DNA of 64,000 bases. Origin: an uncultured delta proteobacterium (GTDB lineage: Bacteria; Myxococcota; Myxococcia; Myxococcales; Anaeromyxobacteraceae). Every line of letters starts with the position of its first letter. The first letter of the stretch is position 1. Shown here piece after piece: positions 22,051-35,200 of this stretch. The position numbers were made by a program, and so were the translations under genes. Location of the stretch: assembly GCA_963766715.1 (NCBI GenBank), contig CAVYBH010000008.1:32001-96000 (forward strand). Reading direction: 5' to 3'. A model generated the notes under the pieces. The model did not search any database. It saw nothing but the letters and a program-made list of their open reading frames with translations, and had not been told where the DNA came from.

Positions 22051-23215
22051 ATGAACTGGAAGGGACTGGAGTTCGACCTGGGAGAGACGGCCGACGCGAT
22101 GCGGGACATCCGTCCGGCAGTTCGCGCAGGCGGAGATCGCGCCGCGCGCGGCGGACATCGACCGGGAGAACCACTTCCCCATGGACCTGTGGCGCAAGAT
22201 GGGCGCCCTGGGGCTCCTCGGCGTCACCGTCGACCCCGAGTACGGGGGCGCCGGCATGACCTACCTCGACCACGTCGTCGCCATGGAGGAGATCAGCCGG
22301 GCGTCGGCCGCGGTGGGGCTGGCCTACGGGGCCCACTCCAACCTCTGCGTGAACCAGATCCACAAGAACGGGACCCCGGAGCAGCGGCGGCGCTACCTGC
22401 CCCGGCTCGTCTCCGGCGAGCACGTGGGCGCGCTGGCGATGAGCGAGCCGGGCGCCGGCTCGGACGTCGTCTCCATGAAGCTCCGGGCCGACCGGAAGGG
22501 CGACCACTTCGTGCTGAACGGCAACAAGATGTGGATCACCAACGGCCCGCACGCCGACGTGCTGCTCGTCTACGCCAAGACCGACCCCACCGCCGGGCCG
22601 CGGGGCATCACCGCCTTCATCATCGAGAAGGGCATGCCCGGCTTCTCCACGGCGCAGAAGCTCGACAAGCTGGGCATGCGCGGCTCGGACACCTGCGAGC
22701 TGATCTTCGAGGACTGCCGCGTGCCGGCGGAGAACGTGGTCGGCGAGGTGGGACGGGGCGTGAACGTGCTGATGAGCGGGCTCGACTACGAGCGGGCGGT
22801 GCTCGCCGGCGGGCCGCTGGGGATCATGCAGGCCTGCCTCGACGTGGTGGTTCCCTACGTCCACGAGCGCCACCAGTTCGGCCAGGCCATCGGCCAGTTC
22901 CAGCTCATCCAGGGCAAGCTGGCCGACATGTACACCACCCTCTCCGCCTGCCGCGCCTACGTGTACGCCGTGGCGAAGCAGTGCAGCGCCGGCAAGACCG
23001 CCCGCAAGGACGCGGCCGGCGCCATCCTCTACGCCTCGGAGCGGGCCACCCAGATGGCGCTCGACGCCATCCAGTGCCTGGGCGGGAACGGGTACATCAA
23101 CGACTACCCCACCGGCCGGCTCCTGCGCGACGCCAAGCTCTACGAGATCGGCGCCGGCACGAGCGAGATCCGGCGCATGCTCATCGGCCGGGAGCTCTTC
23201 CAGGAGACGGCTTGA
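22051..23215 (+). CDS. liuA: Isovaleryl-CoA dehydrogenase (frameshift near 22110)
   Basis: [60 protein letters not shown]. Confidence 0.93.
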
Positions 23216-23246
23216 TCGGCGACCCGCCGCGGAGGAAGGTCCTGCC

Positions 23247-24856
<1,610 letters not shown>

Positions 24857-24864
24857 GGGTGCGC

Positions 24865-26872
24865 ATGTTCGACAAGATCCTGGTGGCGAACCGCGGGGAG
24901 ATCGCCTGCCGCGTGATCCGGACGGCGCAGCGCATGGGCATCCGCACCGTGGCGGTCTACTCCGACGCCGACGAGGGGGCGATGCACGTGGCCATGGCCG
25001 ACGAGGCCTTCCGCATCGGCCCGCCCGCGGCGCGCGAGAGCTACCTCCAGGCCGGCGCCATCGTCGACGCCGCCCGCCGGAGCGGCGCGCGCGCCATTCA
25101 CCCTGGGTACGGGTTCCTCTCCGAGAACGCCGCCTTCGCCGAGGCCTGCGCCGCGGCCGGCATCACCTTCATCGGCCCCCCTCCGCAGGCGATCCGCGCC
25201 ATGGGATCGAAGAGCGCCGCCAAGCGCATCATGGAGGAGGCCGGCGTCCCGCTCGTCCCGGGCTATCACGGCGAGGAACAGGCGCCGGAGCGGCTGGCGC
25301 GGGAGGCGGAACGGATCGGGTGGCCGGTGCTGGTGAAGGCCACGGCCGGGGGCGGGGGCAAGGGCATGAGGGTGGTGGCCGACGCCGCGTCCTTCGCCGA
25401 CGCGCTGGCCGGGGCCCGCCGCGAGGCGCTGGCCTCCTTCGGCGACGACCGCGTGCTCCTCGAGCGATACCTGGGCCGGCCGCGCCACGTCGAGGTCCAG
25501 GTGTTCGCGGACACCCAGGGGAACGCCGTGCACCTCTTCGAGCGCGACTGCTCGATCCAGCGTCGTCACCAGAAGGTGCTCGAGGAGGCGCCCGCACCCG
25601 GGCTCGATCCGGCCACGCGGGAGGAGATGGGGCGCGCCGCCGTCGCCGCCGCCCGCGCCATCGGGTACGTGGGCGCCGGGACGGTGGAGTTCCTCCTCGA
25701 CGAGGACGGCCGCTTCTACTTCATGGAGATGAACACCCGCCTCCAGGTCGAGCACCCGGTCACCGAGATGATCACCGGGCAGGACCTGGTCGAGTGGCAG
25801 CTCCGCGTCGCGGCCGGGGAGCCCCTTCCCCTGCGGCAGGAGGCGCTCGCCATCACCGGGCACGCCATCGAGGCGCGCGTCTACGCGGAGGACCCCTCCC
25901 GCGACTTCCTGCCGTCCATCGGCGTGCTGGCCCACCTCCGGCCGCCCCGCGAGTCGGCGCACGTCCGGGTGGACACCGGCGTCCGCCAGGGAGACGCGGT
26001 CACCATCCACTACGACCCGATGATCGCCAAGCTGGTGGTCTGGGACACGAGCCGCGCCGCGCGCGGTCCGCCGGCTGCGCACCGCGCTCGCCGAGTACCA
26101 GGTGGTCGGCGTGACCACCAACCTCGCCTTCCTGGGCGCGGTGGCGGCCCACCCGGCCTACGCCGCGGCCGAGCTCGACACCCGCTTCCTCGATCGCCAC
26201 CGGGACGACCTGGTCGGCCACGAGGGCCGGGCCAGCGACACCGTGCTGGCGGTCGCCTGCCTCGACGAGATCCGGCGGCGCGCCACCGAGGCCGAGCGGG
26301 CCGCGCGGACCTCGGAGGACCCGTACTCACCGTGGAACCGCACCGACGGCTGGCGGCTCAACGCCGACTACCACCACACCCTCACCTTCGTGGACGCGGG
26401 CGAGCTGGTCCGGGTGGTGGCCCACTACCGGGCCGACGCGGTGCTCCTCGACCTCCCCGGGGGGCGGGTGACGGCGCGTCTCGGGCGCAGCGGCCCCGAC
26501 GAGCTGGTGGCCGACGTGGGCGGCGCCCGCATCCGCGCCACCGTGGTGCGGAACGGCGTCGACCGGGTGGTGATGATCCAGGGGCGCGGGCACCGGCTCG
26601 CGCTGCACGACCCCGACGCGGCGGCGGAGCGCGACGTCGGAGCCGGCAGCCTGGTCGCCCCCATGCCGGGCAAGATCGTGGCGGTGATGGTGCAGCCCGG
26701 GTCCGACGTGAAGAAGGGGGCTCCGCTCCTCGTGCTGGAGGCGATGAAGATGGAGCACACGGTGATCTCCCCGCGGGACGGGCGGGTCTCGGTGGTCCAC
26801 TTCGAGGCCGGGTCCATGGTCGCGGAGGGCACCCAGCTGGTGGCGCTCGAGCCCTTGCCCGACGAGGGCTGA
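24865..26872 (+). CDS. liuD: Methylcrotonyl-CoA carboxylase alpha (biotin carboxylase/BCCP) subunit (frameshift near 26060)
   Basis: [49 protein letters not shown], biotin motif EAMKME. Confidence 0.92.
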
Positions 26873-26882
26873 CGCGAGGACC

Positions 26883-27333
26883 TCAGGGGTCTGCGAGCAG
26901 CTGCGGGGCGACCTTGCCGAGCAGGATGGTCTCGGGACCCGGCCGCGTCACGCCGGCGTTCTCGTCCCGCCCTTGCAGGATGAACCGGGGTCACTCCGTT
27001 CACCGAGTCGGGCAGGATCGCCCGGAACTGCTCCTTCGTCAGCTTGTACCGGAGGCCGTCCGCCTGGAAGCGCAGCACGGCCTCCTCGACGTCGAACTGG
27101 GCGGTGGTGCTGTCCCAGTCGAGGACGACGTAGGCGGGCTTCCCTGCGTCCTGGAAGCGGCCACCGGGCCCGTGGTCCTTCATCAACTGGTTCAGGACCC
27201 CGAGATTCCTGTCCGACCAGTTCAGGCGGTCGAGGCTCCTCGCCGCCTGGGGCTGCGGGCCCTGGCATGCGGCAACGAGGCAGGACCCGGCCGCGAGCAC
27301 GGGGAGGAACCAGGGGCGCCGAACGGAAGGCAT
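26883..27333 (-). pseudogene. Truncated HAD-superfamily lipoprotein (only the N-terminal ~150 aa)
   Basis: Lipoprotein-like leader (LVAAC), HAD motif I-like YVVLDWDST, then the frame ends against liuD. Confidence 0.5.
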
Positions 27334-27530
27334 GGAGATCCAGGGGTCAGCAATCGACGGGCCCGGGCCCGGATCCCCCAATCTCCGGAAACGACAGGGG
27401 ATCCACCCTTGACTCCCGGTGACGCCTGGCACCCGGGGTGTCGCACGACCCCCATCCCTCCCCGACGGGATGACCCCCTCGAGCCCCCGCATCCCGTACA
27501 GTGCTGCCACCTCATGCTCCCGGGAAAGCC

Positions 27531-27974
27531 ATGACCAGACTCGTCGCGTTGGCGGTGGCGTTCGCGCTCGCCGGTTGCGCCTCCAGCCCCCCCACTCCGC
27601 GCATCGACACCTACGACCGGCCCGGCGAGGCGACGGAAGCCGCCGTCGGGAACCCGATGGTGAGCAACCGGAGCACGACCCTGGTCGTCACGTCCATGGT
27701 GCCGAAGCCGCGGGTGGACGGGCTGACCGCCGAATTCGTGTACCTGGGGCTCCTCGGGTCGGATCCGGCCGGCAAGAGCACCATCCGGGTGCGCTACGAG
27801 GAGCACAAGATCGCCAACGGCGTCGAGGACCCGCGCCCCGAGTATCGCGCGGAGGTGACCCTCGACCTGAGCCGGAGCCGGGTCATCGAGTTCCGGGGCT
27901 GGCGCATCGCCATCCTCGATGCGACCGACCGCTCCATCCGGTACCAGGTCATCGGGAGCCCTGCCCCGCCGTAG
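27531..27974 (+). CDS. Hypothetical lipoprotein
   Basis: [16 protein letters not shown] lipobox. Confidence 0.7.
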   Translation: MTRLVALAVAFALAGCASSPPTPRIDTYDRPGEATEAAVGNPMVSNRSTTLVVTSMVPKPRVDGLTAEFVYLGLLGSDPAGKSTIRVRYEEHKIANGVEDPRPEYRAEVTLDLSRSRVIEFRGWRIAILDATDRSIRYQVIGSPAPP

Positions 27975-28051
27975 GGTCGAATCCGTCCTCGATGGGTACC
28001 CCGATGCGCGGCCGTCCACCGGCCCGTTGGGGTCAGCTACCATCGAGGGGA

Positions 28052-28513
28052 ATGACGCCCAAGGAATGCCTGGAAGCCGCGGCCCGCATCGAGGTCCTCG
28101 TGCAGACGATCTACGGCGGCCTCGCGTCCCGCTACGCGGATCGGCCCGCGCTCCGCGACCTCTTCCTCCGGCTCGCCGCGGAGGAGGAACAGCACGCCTA
28201 CCGGATCCGCACCCTGTCTCGCCACGACGTGCAGGCGGCGTGGGACGACGGCACCGCGGCGAACCTCCCCGCCCTCCTGGGCGCGATGGAGGCAGAGCTC
28301 GCCTCGATGGCGGCCGAGGAGGCCGAGGGCCCGGGAAGCGGCAGCCCGCGGAGCATCCTCCTGCGCGTCATCGACTTCGAGAGCCGCTTCGCGTCGATCC
28401 ATGCGGAGTACCTGGCGCGAAGCGTGGAGCCGGGAGTGCAAGGCCTCTTCTCCGCGCTCGCCATGCAGGACCGCCACCACATGGAGCTTCTCGAGCAGGC
28501 GCTGCAGGCGTAG
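28052..28513 (+). CDS. Ferritin-like/rubrerythrin-family protein
   Basis: AARIE...LFLRLAAEEEQH and LFSALAMQDRHH (ExxH-type helices). Confidence 0.65.
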   Translation: MTPKECLEAAARIEVLVQTIYGGLASRYADRPALRDLFLRLAAEEEQHAYRIRTLSRHDVQAAWDDGTAANLPALLGAMEAELASMAAEEAEGPGSGSPRSILLRVIDFESRFASIHAEYLARSVEPGVQGLFSALAMQDRHHMELLEQALQA

Positions 28514-28542
28514 ACGAGGCGCGTTAGGATGACCGGACTGCC

Positions 28543-29883
28543 ATGCGCATCGCGATCGTCGGCTCCGGCCCCGCGGGATTCTACGCCGCAGAAGCGCTCC
28601 TGAAGCGCACCGATACCCCTGTCGACGTCGACGTCTTCGACCGGCTTCCCACCCCGTACGGGCTGGTTCGAGGCGGTGTCGCCCCCGACCACCAGAAGAT
28701 CAAGTCGGTGGCCCGCGTCTTCGCGAGCACCGCAGCCCGCCCCACGTTCCGGTTCCTGGGCAACGTGCAGCTCGGGCGCGACCTGACCGTGGAGGACCTG
28801 CGCCGGCACTACCACCAGATCGTCTACGCCACCGGAAACGAGGCGGACCGGCGTCTCGGCATCCCGGGCGAGGGCATCGGCCGTTGCACGCCGGCCGCCG
28901 TGTTCGTCGGCTGGTACAACGGCCACCCCGACTACCGCGCCGCGCAGATCGACCTGTCGGTTCCCAGGGTCGCGGTGGTGGGCAATGGAAACGTCGCGAT
29001 CGACGTGGCCCGAATCCTGCTGCGCACCCGCGCCGAGCTGGAGCAGACCGACATCGCCGCGCACGCGCTCGACGCCTTGCGGCACAGCCAGGTGCGCGAG
29101 GTCTTCGTCCTCGGACGCCGGGGGCCCGAGCAGGCCGCCTTCTCGCCGGCCGAGCTGAAGGAGCTGGGCGCGATGGAGGGCGCCGATCCGGTCGTGGACC
29201 CGGCCGACCTGGCGGGCTGCGCCGAGGGGGAGAAGGGCGGGAACCTCGAGATCCTGCGCTCCTTCGCCGCCCGGCAGCCGAACGCGGACGCGAAGAAGCT
29301 CCACCTGCGCTTCCTGGTGTCGCCGACGGAGGTCGTCGCCGACGCAGCCGGCAACGTGGCCGGCCTGGCGCTGGAGCGGAACCGCCTGGAGACGCGCCCG
29401 GACGGCAGCGTCGCGGCCCGGGGCACCGGGGACGTCGCGGTGCTCGACGTGGGAATGGTGGTTCCTGCCATCGGCTTCGCCGCCGAGCGCATCCCGGGCG
29501 TTCCCTACGACGAGAAGGCCCGGATCGTCGCCAACGTGGAAGGGCGCGTCGTCGATCCCGTCAGCCGCGCCGTGGTTCCCAACGAATACGTGGTCGGCTG
29601 GGCTCGCAGCGGACCGCAGGGGCTGATCGGCGAGCACAAGCGCGCCTCCGCGATGGTGGTGGCGAACATGGTCGCCGACGGCGCGGGGCTCGCCGCGCGC
29701 CCGCTGCCTCCGCGCGACGCGATCGACGCCCTGCTGCGCGACCGGGGCGTCCAGCTCGTGTCCTTCGAGGACTGGAAACGGCTCGACGACGTGGAGGTGG
29801 CGCGCGGGGCCCGGCGCGGCGCCCCGCGGGACAAGATCGTCGACGTCGATGCGATGCTGGCCGTCCTCTCGCAGGACCGGTAG
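28543..29883 (+). CDS. Ferredoxin-NADP+ reductase (FprA/adrenodoxin reductase type)
   Basis: IAIVGSGPAGFYAA, PYGLVRGGVAPDH, VGWYNGHPD, VGNGNVAIDVAR. Confidence 0.9.
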   Translation: MRIAIVGSGPAGFYAAEALLKRTDTPVDVDVFDRLPTPYGLVRGGVAPDHQKIKSVARVFASTAARPTFRFLGNVQLGRDLTVEDLRRHYHQIVYATGNEADRRLGIPGEGIGRCTPAAVFVGWYNGHPDYRAAQIDLSVPRVAVVGNGNVAIDVARILLRTRAELEQTDIAAHALDALRHSQVREVFVLGRRGPEQAAFSPAELKELGAMEGADPVVDPADLAGCAEGEKGGNLEILRSFAARQPNADAKKLHLRFLVSPTEVVADAAGNVAGLALERNRLETRPDGSVAARGTGDVAVLDVGMVVPAIGFAAERIPGVPYDEKARIVANVEGRVVDPVSRAVVPNEYVVGWARSGPQGLIGEHKRASAMVVANMVADGAGLAARPLPPRDAIDALLRDRGVQLVSFEDWKRLDDVEVARGARRGAPRDKIVDVDAMLAVLSQDR

Positions 29884-30019
29884 CGCGCGGCGCGTCACCC
29901 TCCCCGCCGGAGCGCCTTCCGGAGGGGAGGTCGCATCGTGGAGCACACGATAGCCTCGACGGTGCTCCCGTTCCACAGGGGGGGTACACTGGATTGGCCG
30001 TCGACATCGGCCTTCCCGA

Positions 30020-30800
30020 ATGACCACCCCCACCACCGACGACGGCTGGATCCACGTCTGGCACGCCGACCCCGGACTGGCCGCGGACCCGGATGCCCGG
30101 CGCGCCTGCCTCGACCTGCTCGACGGCCCGGAGCGGGAGAGGATGGGGCGCTTCCGCTTCGAGGCCGACGCGACGGCCTACCTGGCCGCCCATGCGCTCC
30201 TTCGCTCGGCGCTTTCCCTCCTCGCCCCGGTGGAGCCGCGATGCTGGCAGTTCCGTCCAGGGGCGCATGGCAAGCCCTTCGTCGAGGAGCCCGGCGAGCA
30301 CCGCGGGCTCTCGTTCAGCCTCTCCCACACCCCGGGGCGGGTCGCCGTGGCCGTCGCGTCGAGAGGCCCGGTGGGGATCGACGTCGAGCACTCGGGCGTC
30401 GCCCGTTCACTCCTGGAGAATCCGGAACGGTTCCTCTCGCCGTCCGAGGCCAGAGCACTCCGGCGCCCTGCCCGTCGCCGACCAGCCGGACCGCTTCCTC
30501 GCCTGCTGGACGCTGAAGGAGTCCTACTTGAAGGCCTCGGGGCTGGGACTGTCCGTGCCGGTGCAGGCCTTGTCGTTCCACCTCGACCCGGGAGCCCGGA
30601 TCCGGGTCAGCTTCGAGCGCGCCATCCAGGACGACCCCGAGGCCTGGCGGTTCCTCCGGTTCGCGGCGACGAGCGAGCACCCGGCGGCCGTCGCCGCGCG
30701 GTGCGCGCCGGGAACTGAGCTGTCGGTGCGCATCCTGGAGGCTTCGCGCCTGCCCCTTGCTGGCTCGTCGCATCATCATGTGACGCCCAATGGGGTGTGA
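30020..30800 (+). CDS. Sfp-type 4'-phosphopantetheinyl transferase (frameshift near 30460)
   Basis: HGKP, FSLSHT, VGIDVE, WTLKESYLKASGLGL. Confidence 0.9.
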
Positions 30801-30824
30801 TCCCGTGCTCTGGTGAGAGGATCC

Positions 30825-32238
30825 ATGGCGTTCGATTCCCCAGCCGTCGATCCTGTCGCGCCCGGCCCTGTTCGACCCGGGCAGGAAGCGCGAGTGGAGT
30901 CACGGAGAGTTGCGTGCCGCCGCCGTGGGGCTGGCGAGCCGGATCGCGGGCGCCAGGAGCGGCCTGGCCTTCCTGCTCTCGCGAAACACGTTCGATGCGG
31001 TCGTCGCCTACCTGGCCTGCCTGGAGGCCGGCGTGGCGGTGGTCCTCCTCGACTCGCGGACCCGGCCGCCGGACCTCCAGAGGCTCCTCGAGATCTACCG
31101 GCCGGAGCTCGTGCTGGCGGTCGACGAGACGTCTCCGGGCGCCGGGTACCGGCTGGAGGGGCCCGTCGACGATCTCCGGCTCTGGTGGCGCGAGCCCGGC
31201 GAGGTGGCCGCCCCGGTACACCCGGACCTGTCGGTGCTGCTCTCCACGTCGGGGAGCACCGGCAGTCCCAAGCTCGTGCGCCTCACGCGACGCGCCGTCG
31301 AGGCCAACGCCGGGTCGATCGCGACCGCCCTCGGGCTCGACCCGGACGAGCGGGCGATGGCGAGCCTGCCGCTGTACTACTCGTACGGCCTCTCGGTGCT
31401 GAACAGCCACCTCCACGCGGGGGCGAGCGTCGTCCTCACCGACGAGACCGTCGTCTCGCCGCACTTCTGGAGACTGTTCCGGTCCCAGAACTGCACGTCG
31501 ATGCCCGGGGTCCCGTACACCTACGACCTGCTCCTGCGCATCGGCTTCGAGAGCCTGGAGCTGCCTTCGCTGCGCGCCCTCACCCAGGCGGGAGGGCGCC
31601 TCGCCCCGGATCTGGTCCGGCGCTTCCACGCCGAGATGGCGCGCCGGCGTGGCCGGTTCCACGTCATGTACGGGCAGACCGAGGCGACGGCCCGGATCGC
31701 CTGCCTGCCACCGGATCGCTTGCCCGGGAAGGCCGGCACCGTCGGCGTGGCGATCCCCGGGGGCCGGCTCTCGGTCGACGTCGGGGGCGGCCGCGAGGGA
31801 GCTCCCTCGGAGGTGGGCGAGATCGTCTACACCGGTCCGAACGTGATGATGGGGTACGCGGAGTGCCGGGCCGACCTCGCTCGTGGCGACGAGCTGGGGG
31901 GCGTGCTGCGGACCGGCGACCTCGGCTTCCTCGACGAGGACGGGTTCCTGCACCTCACCGGGCGCAGCAAGCGCATCGGGAAGGTGCTGGGGATGCGCGT
32001 GAGCCTCGACGAGGTGGAGGCCCGCCTGCGGGCCCGGGGGCCGACCGCGGTGGTCGCCGGCGACGACCGGCTGCTCGTGTTCTGCGAGTACGGAGATCCG
32101 GCGCTCTTCTCCGAACTGGCGAAGGAGCTTGCCCGCGACCTGCGGGCAACCGAGAATTCCTTCGTCTTCCGGCGGATACCGGCGCTTCCGCTCACCGCGA
32201 GCGGAAAGCCCGACTACCAGAAGCTCGTGCCGCCGTAG
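30825..32238 (+). CDS. Stand-alone AMP-forming acyl/aryl ligase (5' part frameshifted)
   Basis: LLSTSGSTGSPKLV, YGQTEATARIA, TGDLG, GRSKR, LPLTASGKPDY. Confidence 0.88.
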
Positions 32239-32281
32239 ACGCTCCGTCGATTCGAAGGGGGGGGAATGGTTTCAGGCCGCG

Positions 32282-35200
32282 ATGGATCGCCAGATGGCTG
32301 GACGGCGCTCGAGCTGCGCCTGGCCCGGATTCTGGGAAGAGGTCCTCGGGCGGGAATCCGTCGACCGGGAGGACGACTTCTTCTCGCTGAACGGCTCCTC
32401 GATCACGGTCATCGAGCTGCTGGCGCGCGTTCACGGCGAGACCGGCGTCGAGCTGGGATTCCAGGACGTCTTCCGGGCCCCGGTCCTCCACGAGCTCGCC
32501 GAGCTGATCGAGAAGGCCACGGGCGGAGACCGCTCCAGGCGCCACCTCCCGGATCGCGCGTTCGCCCCCGCGGGAGGAATACCCCCTCTCCTTCGCGCAG
32601 TCCCGCCTCTGGTTCCTGGAGGAGCTCTACCCGGGGATGCCCGCGTACCGGACCATCACGGGAATCTCCCTTCGCGGCGCGCTCCGCCTCCCCGAGCTGC
32701 GGACCGCGCTCGACCAGGTGGTGGCCCGCCACGCCATCCTGCGCACCACCTTCCACGCCCACGGCGGCGTCCCGGTCCAGGTGATCCAGCCAGCCTCGCC
32801 GGTCCCGCTTCCCGCGGTGGATTCTGCGCGGACACGCGTCCCCCGAGGACGAGGTCCGGCGCCTGGTGCGGGTGGACGTGCGGGCACCGATGGACCTGGA
32901 GGAGGGCCCGTTGTTCCGGGCCAGGCTCGTCCGGCTCGGAGAGGAGGAGCACCTCCTTCTCCTCACCATCCACCACATCGTCTTCGACGCCTGGTCCCGG
33001 AAGGTGCTCCTGCGGGATCTCGGCGCCTTCTACCGCCGGGCGTGCCGAGGACGCGACCGCCGTCGAGGCGGTCGAGCCGCTCCCGGTCGACTACGTCGAC
33101 TTCGCGGTGTGGGAGCGCTCGCCCGAGAACGACGCCCGGCTCGAGGTCGACCGCGCCTTCTGGAAGGAGCACCTCGGCCGGGATCCGATTCCGCTCGAGC
33201 TCGCGACCGACGAGGCGCGGCCGGCGGTCGAACGGTTCGAGGGGCTGCGCGAGACCCTGAGCCTTCCGCCGGAGGTCTGCGCCGGGCTGGAGCGCCTCGC
33301 CGCGGCGAAGGGAAGCTCCCTCGCCACGGTGGTCCTGGCGGGCCTCCAGGCCCTGCTCCATCGCCACACGGAGAGCGATTCGGTGGTGCTCGGCCTGGTG
33401 GTCGGAGGGCGGGACCAGGCGGGCACGGAGCCGCTCGTCGGCCTCTTCATGAACGAGCTCGCCCTGCGCACCGACGTGGCGCCCGACGAGACCTTCTCCA
33501 CCCTGCTCGCCCGGGCGACCCAGGCCACGCGGGACGCGCTCGCCCACCAGGGCCTCCCGCTCGACGAGCAGATCCGCATCGCACGCCCGGGTCGCCAGAT
33601 CGACCTGTCGCCCCTGTTCCGCGTCGCCTACAACTTCAAGCCCCGGCTGCAGGCCACCGTGGACTTCGGCGGCGGACTGGTGGGGGCGGACGTCGACCTC
33701 GATCCCGGCGTGGCGCTCATCGATCTGATCCTGAACGCGGTGCAGGTCGACGAGGGGCTGGCCGTTCACTTCGACTACGACCGCGACCTGTTCCGGCCCA
33801 CCACGGTGAAGCGCCTCGCCCTGCACCTCCGGGCCCTCCTCGAGGGCGCGATCGCCGACCCGGACCGGCCCGTGGCGCGCCTTCCCCTGATGAGCGCCCC
33901 GGAGCGGGAAACGGTGCTGCGAGGCGTCGCAGGGGCCGTGGCCGGCGGAGGCGGCGCCGGACGTGGTGGAGCGGATCCGGGAGCAGGCGGTTCGGCGCCC
34001 GGAGCACGTGGCGGTGGAGGCGCCGGACGGGAAGCTGACGTACGCCGAGCTCGAGGCGGCGAGCAACCGGCTGGCGCGGAAGCTCCGCTCGCTGGGCGTG
34101 GTCCGGGAATCGCGGGTGGGCGTGGCCGTTCCGCGCGGGGCGCGCGAGCTGTGCGCGCTGCTGGGGACGCTCAAGGCGGGCGGGGCCTACGTCCCGGTCG
34201 ACCCCGGTCACCCGGTGGAACGGGTGCGCGTGATCCTGGAGGACGCCGCCCCGGAGGTGCTGATCGCGCCGTCGGACTCGCCGCTGCGCGACGCCATGCC
34301 GCCGGGGACGCGCGCTCGCTCGCGCTCGACGACCTGGCGGCCGCCACCGCCGGCCTCGACGGCTCGCCGCTCGACGAAGCCTTCGACCCGGAGCAGCTGG
34401 CCTACATCCTCTTCACCTCCGGCTCGACCGGGCGCCCCAAGGGCGTGGAGGTGCTGCGCGGCGGCTTCGCCAACTTCCTGCGCTCCATGGCGAGGGAGCC
34501 GGGGCTCCGGGAAGACGACCGCTTCCTCGCCATCACCACCACCACCTTCGACATCTCCGGCCTCGAGCTCTTCGGGCCGCTCTGGGTCGGGGCGACGACC
34601 GCCATCGTCGACCGCCAGACCTCCATGGACCCCCGCCTCCTCGGGGACCTGCTCGCCACGGGAGGATTCACCGTCCTGCAGGCCACGCCGGCCACCTGGC
34701 GCATGCTCGTCGACGCCGGATGGAAGGGCACGCCGGGGCTGCGGATGTTCTGCGGCGGCGAGGCCCTGAGCCGCGACCTCGCCGACCGCCTCCTCGAGCG
34801 GGGCGGCGAGCTCTGGAACCTCTACGGCCCCACCGAGACCACCGTCTGGTCGACCCTCGACCGCATCCTCCCGGACGGCGCGCGCATCACCATCGGTCGC
34901 CCCGTCGACCGGACCCGGGTCTACGTCCTCGACCCGTCGCTCTCGCTCGTGCCGCCCGGCGTCGTCGGGGAGATCTTCATCGGCGGCGACGGCGTCGCCC
35001 GCGGCTACCGGGGGCGCCCCGACCTCACCGCCGAGAGGTTCCTCCCCGACCCCTTCGGCCCTCCGGGCTCCCGCTTCTACCGGACGGGCGACCTCGGCCG
35101 CCTCCTCGAGGACGGGCGCTTCGAATGCCTCGGCCGCACCGATCACCAGGTCAAGGTTCGCGGCTTCCGCATCGAGCTCGGCGAGATCGAGGCCGCCCTG

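Noticed and set aside
20304..22109. 601-aa AraC-cupin fusion in the ORF track
   Set aside because: Frameshift artefact: the AraC HTH continues in another frame (20918..21484) and the cupin has its own signal peptide.
28052..29883. Ferritin-like protein and ferredoxin reductase as NRPS tailoring enzymes
   Set aside because: They are co-oriented, but a GC hairpin (29899-29930) separates them from the PPTase and no oxygenase or ferredoxin partner is present; a link is unsupported.
30828..30845. GTTCGATTCC as a tRNA fragment or attR
   Set aside because: No T-stem or acceptor match to either tRNA, and it lies within the start of a CDS.
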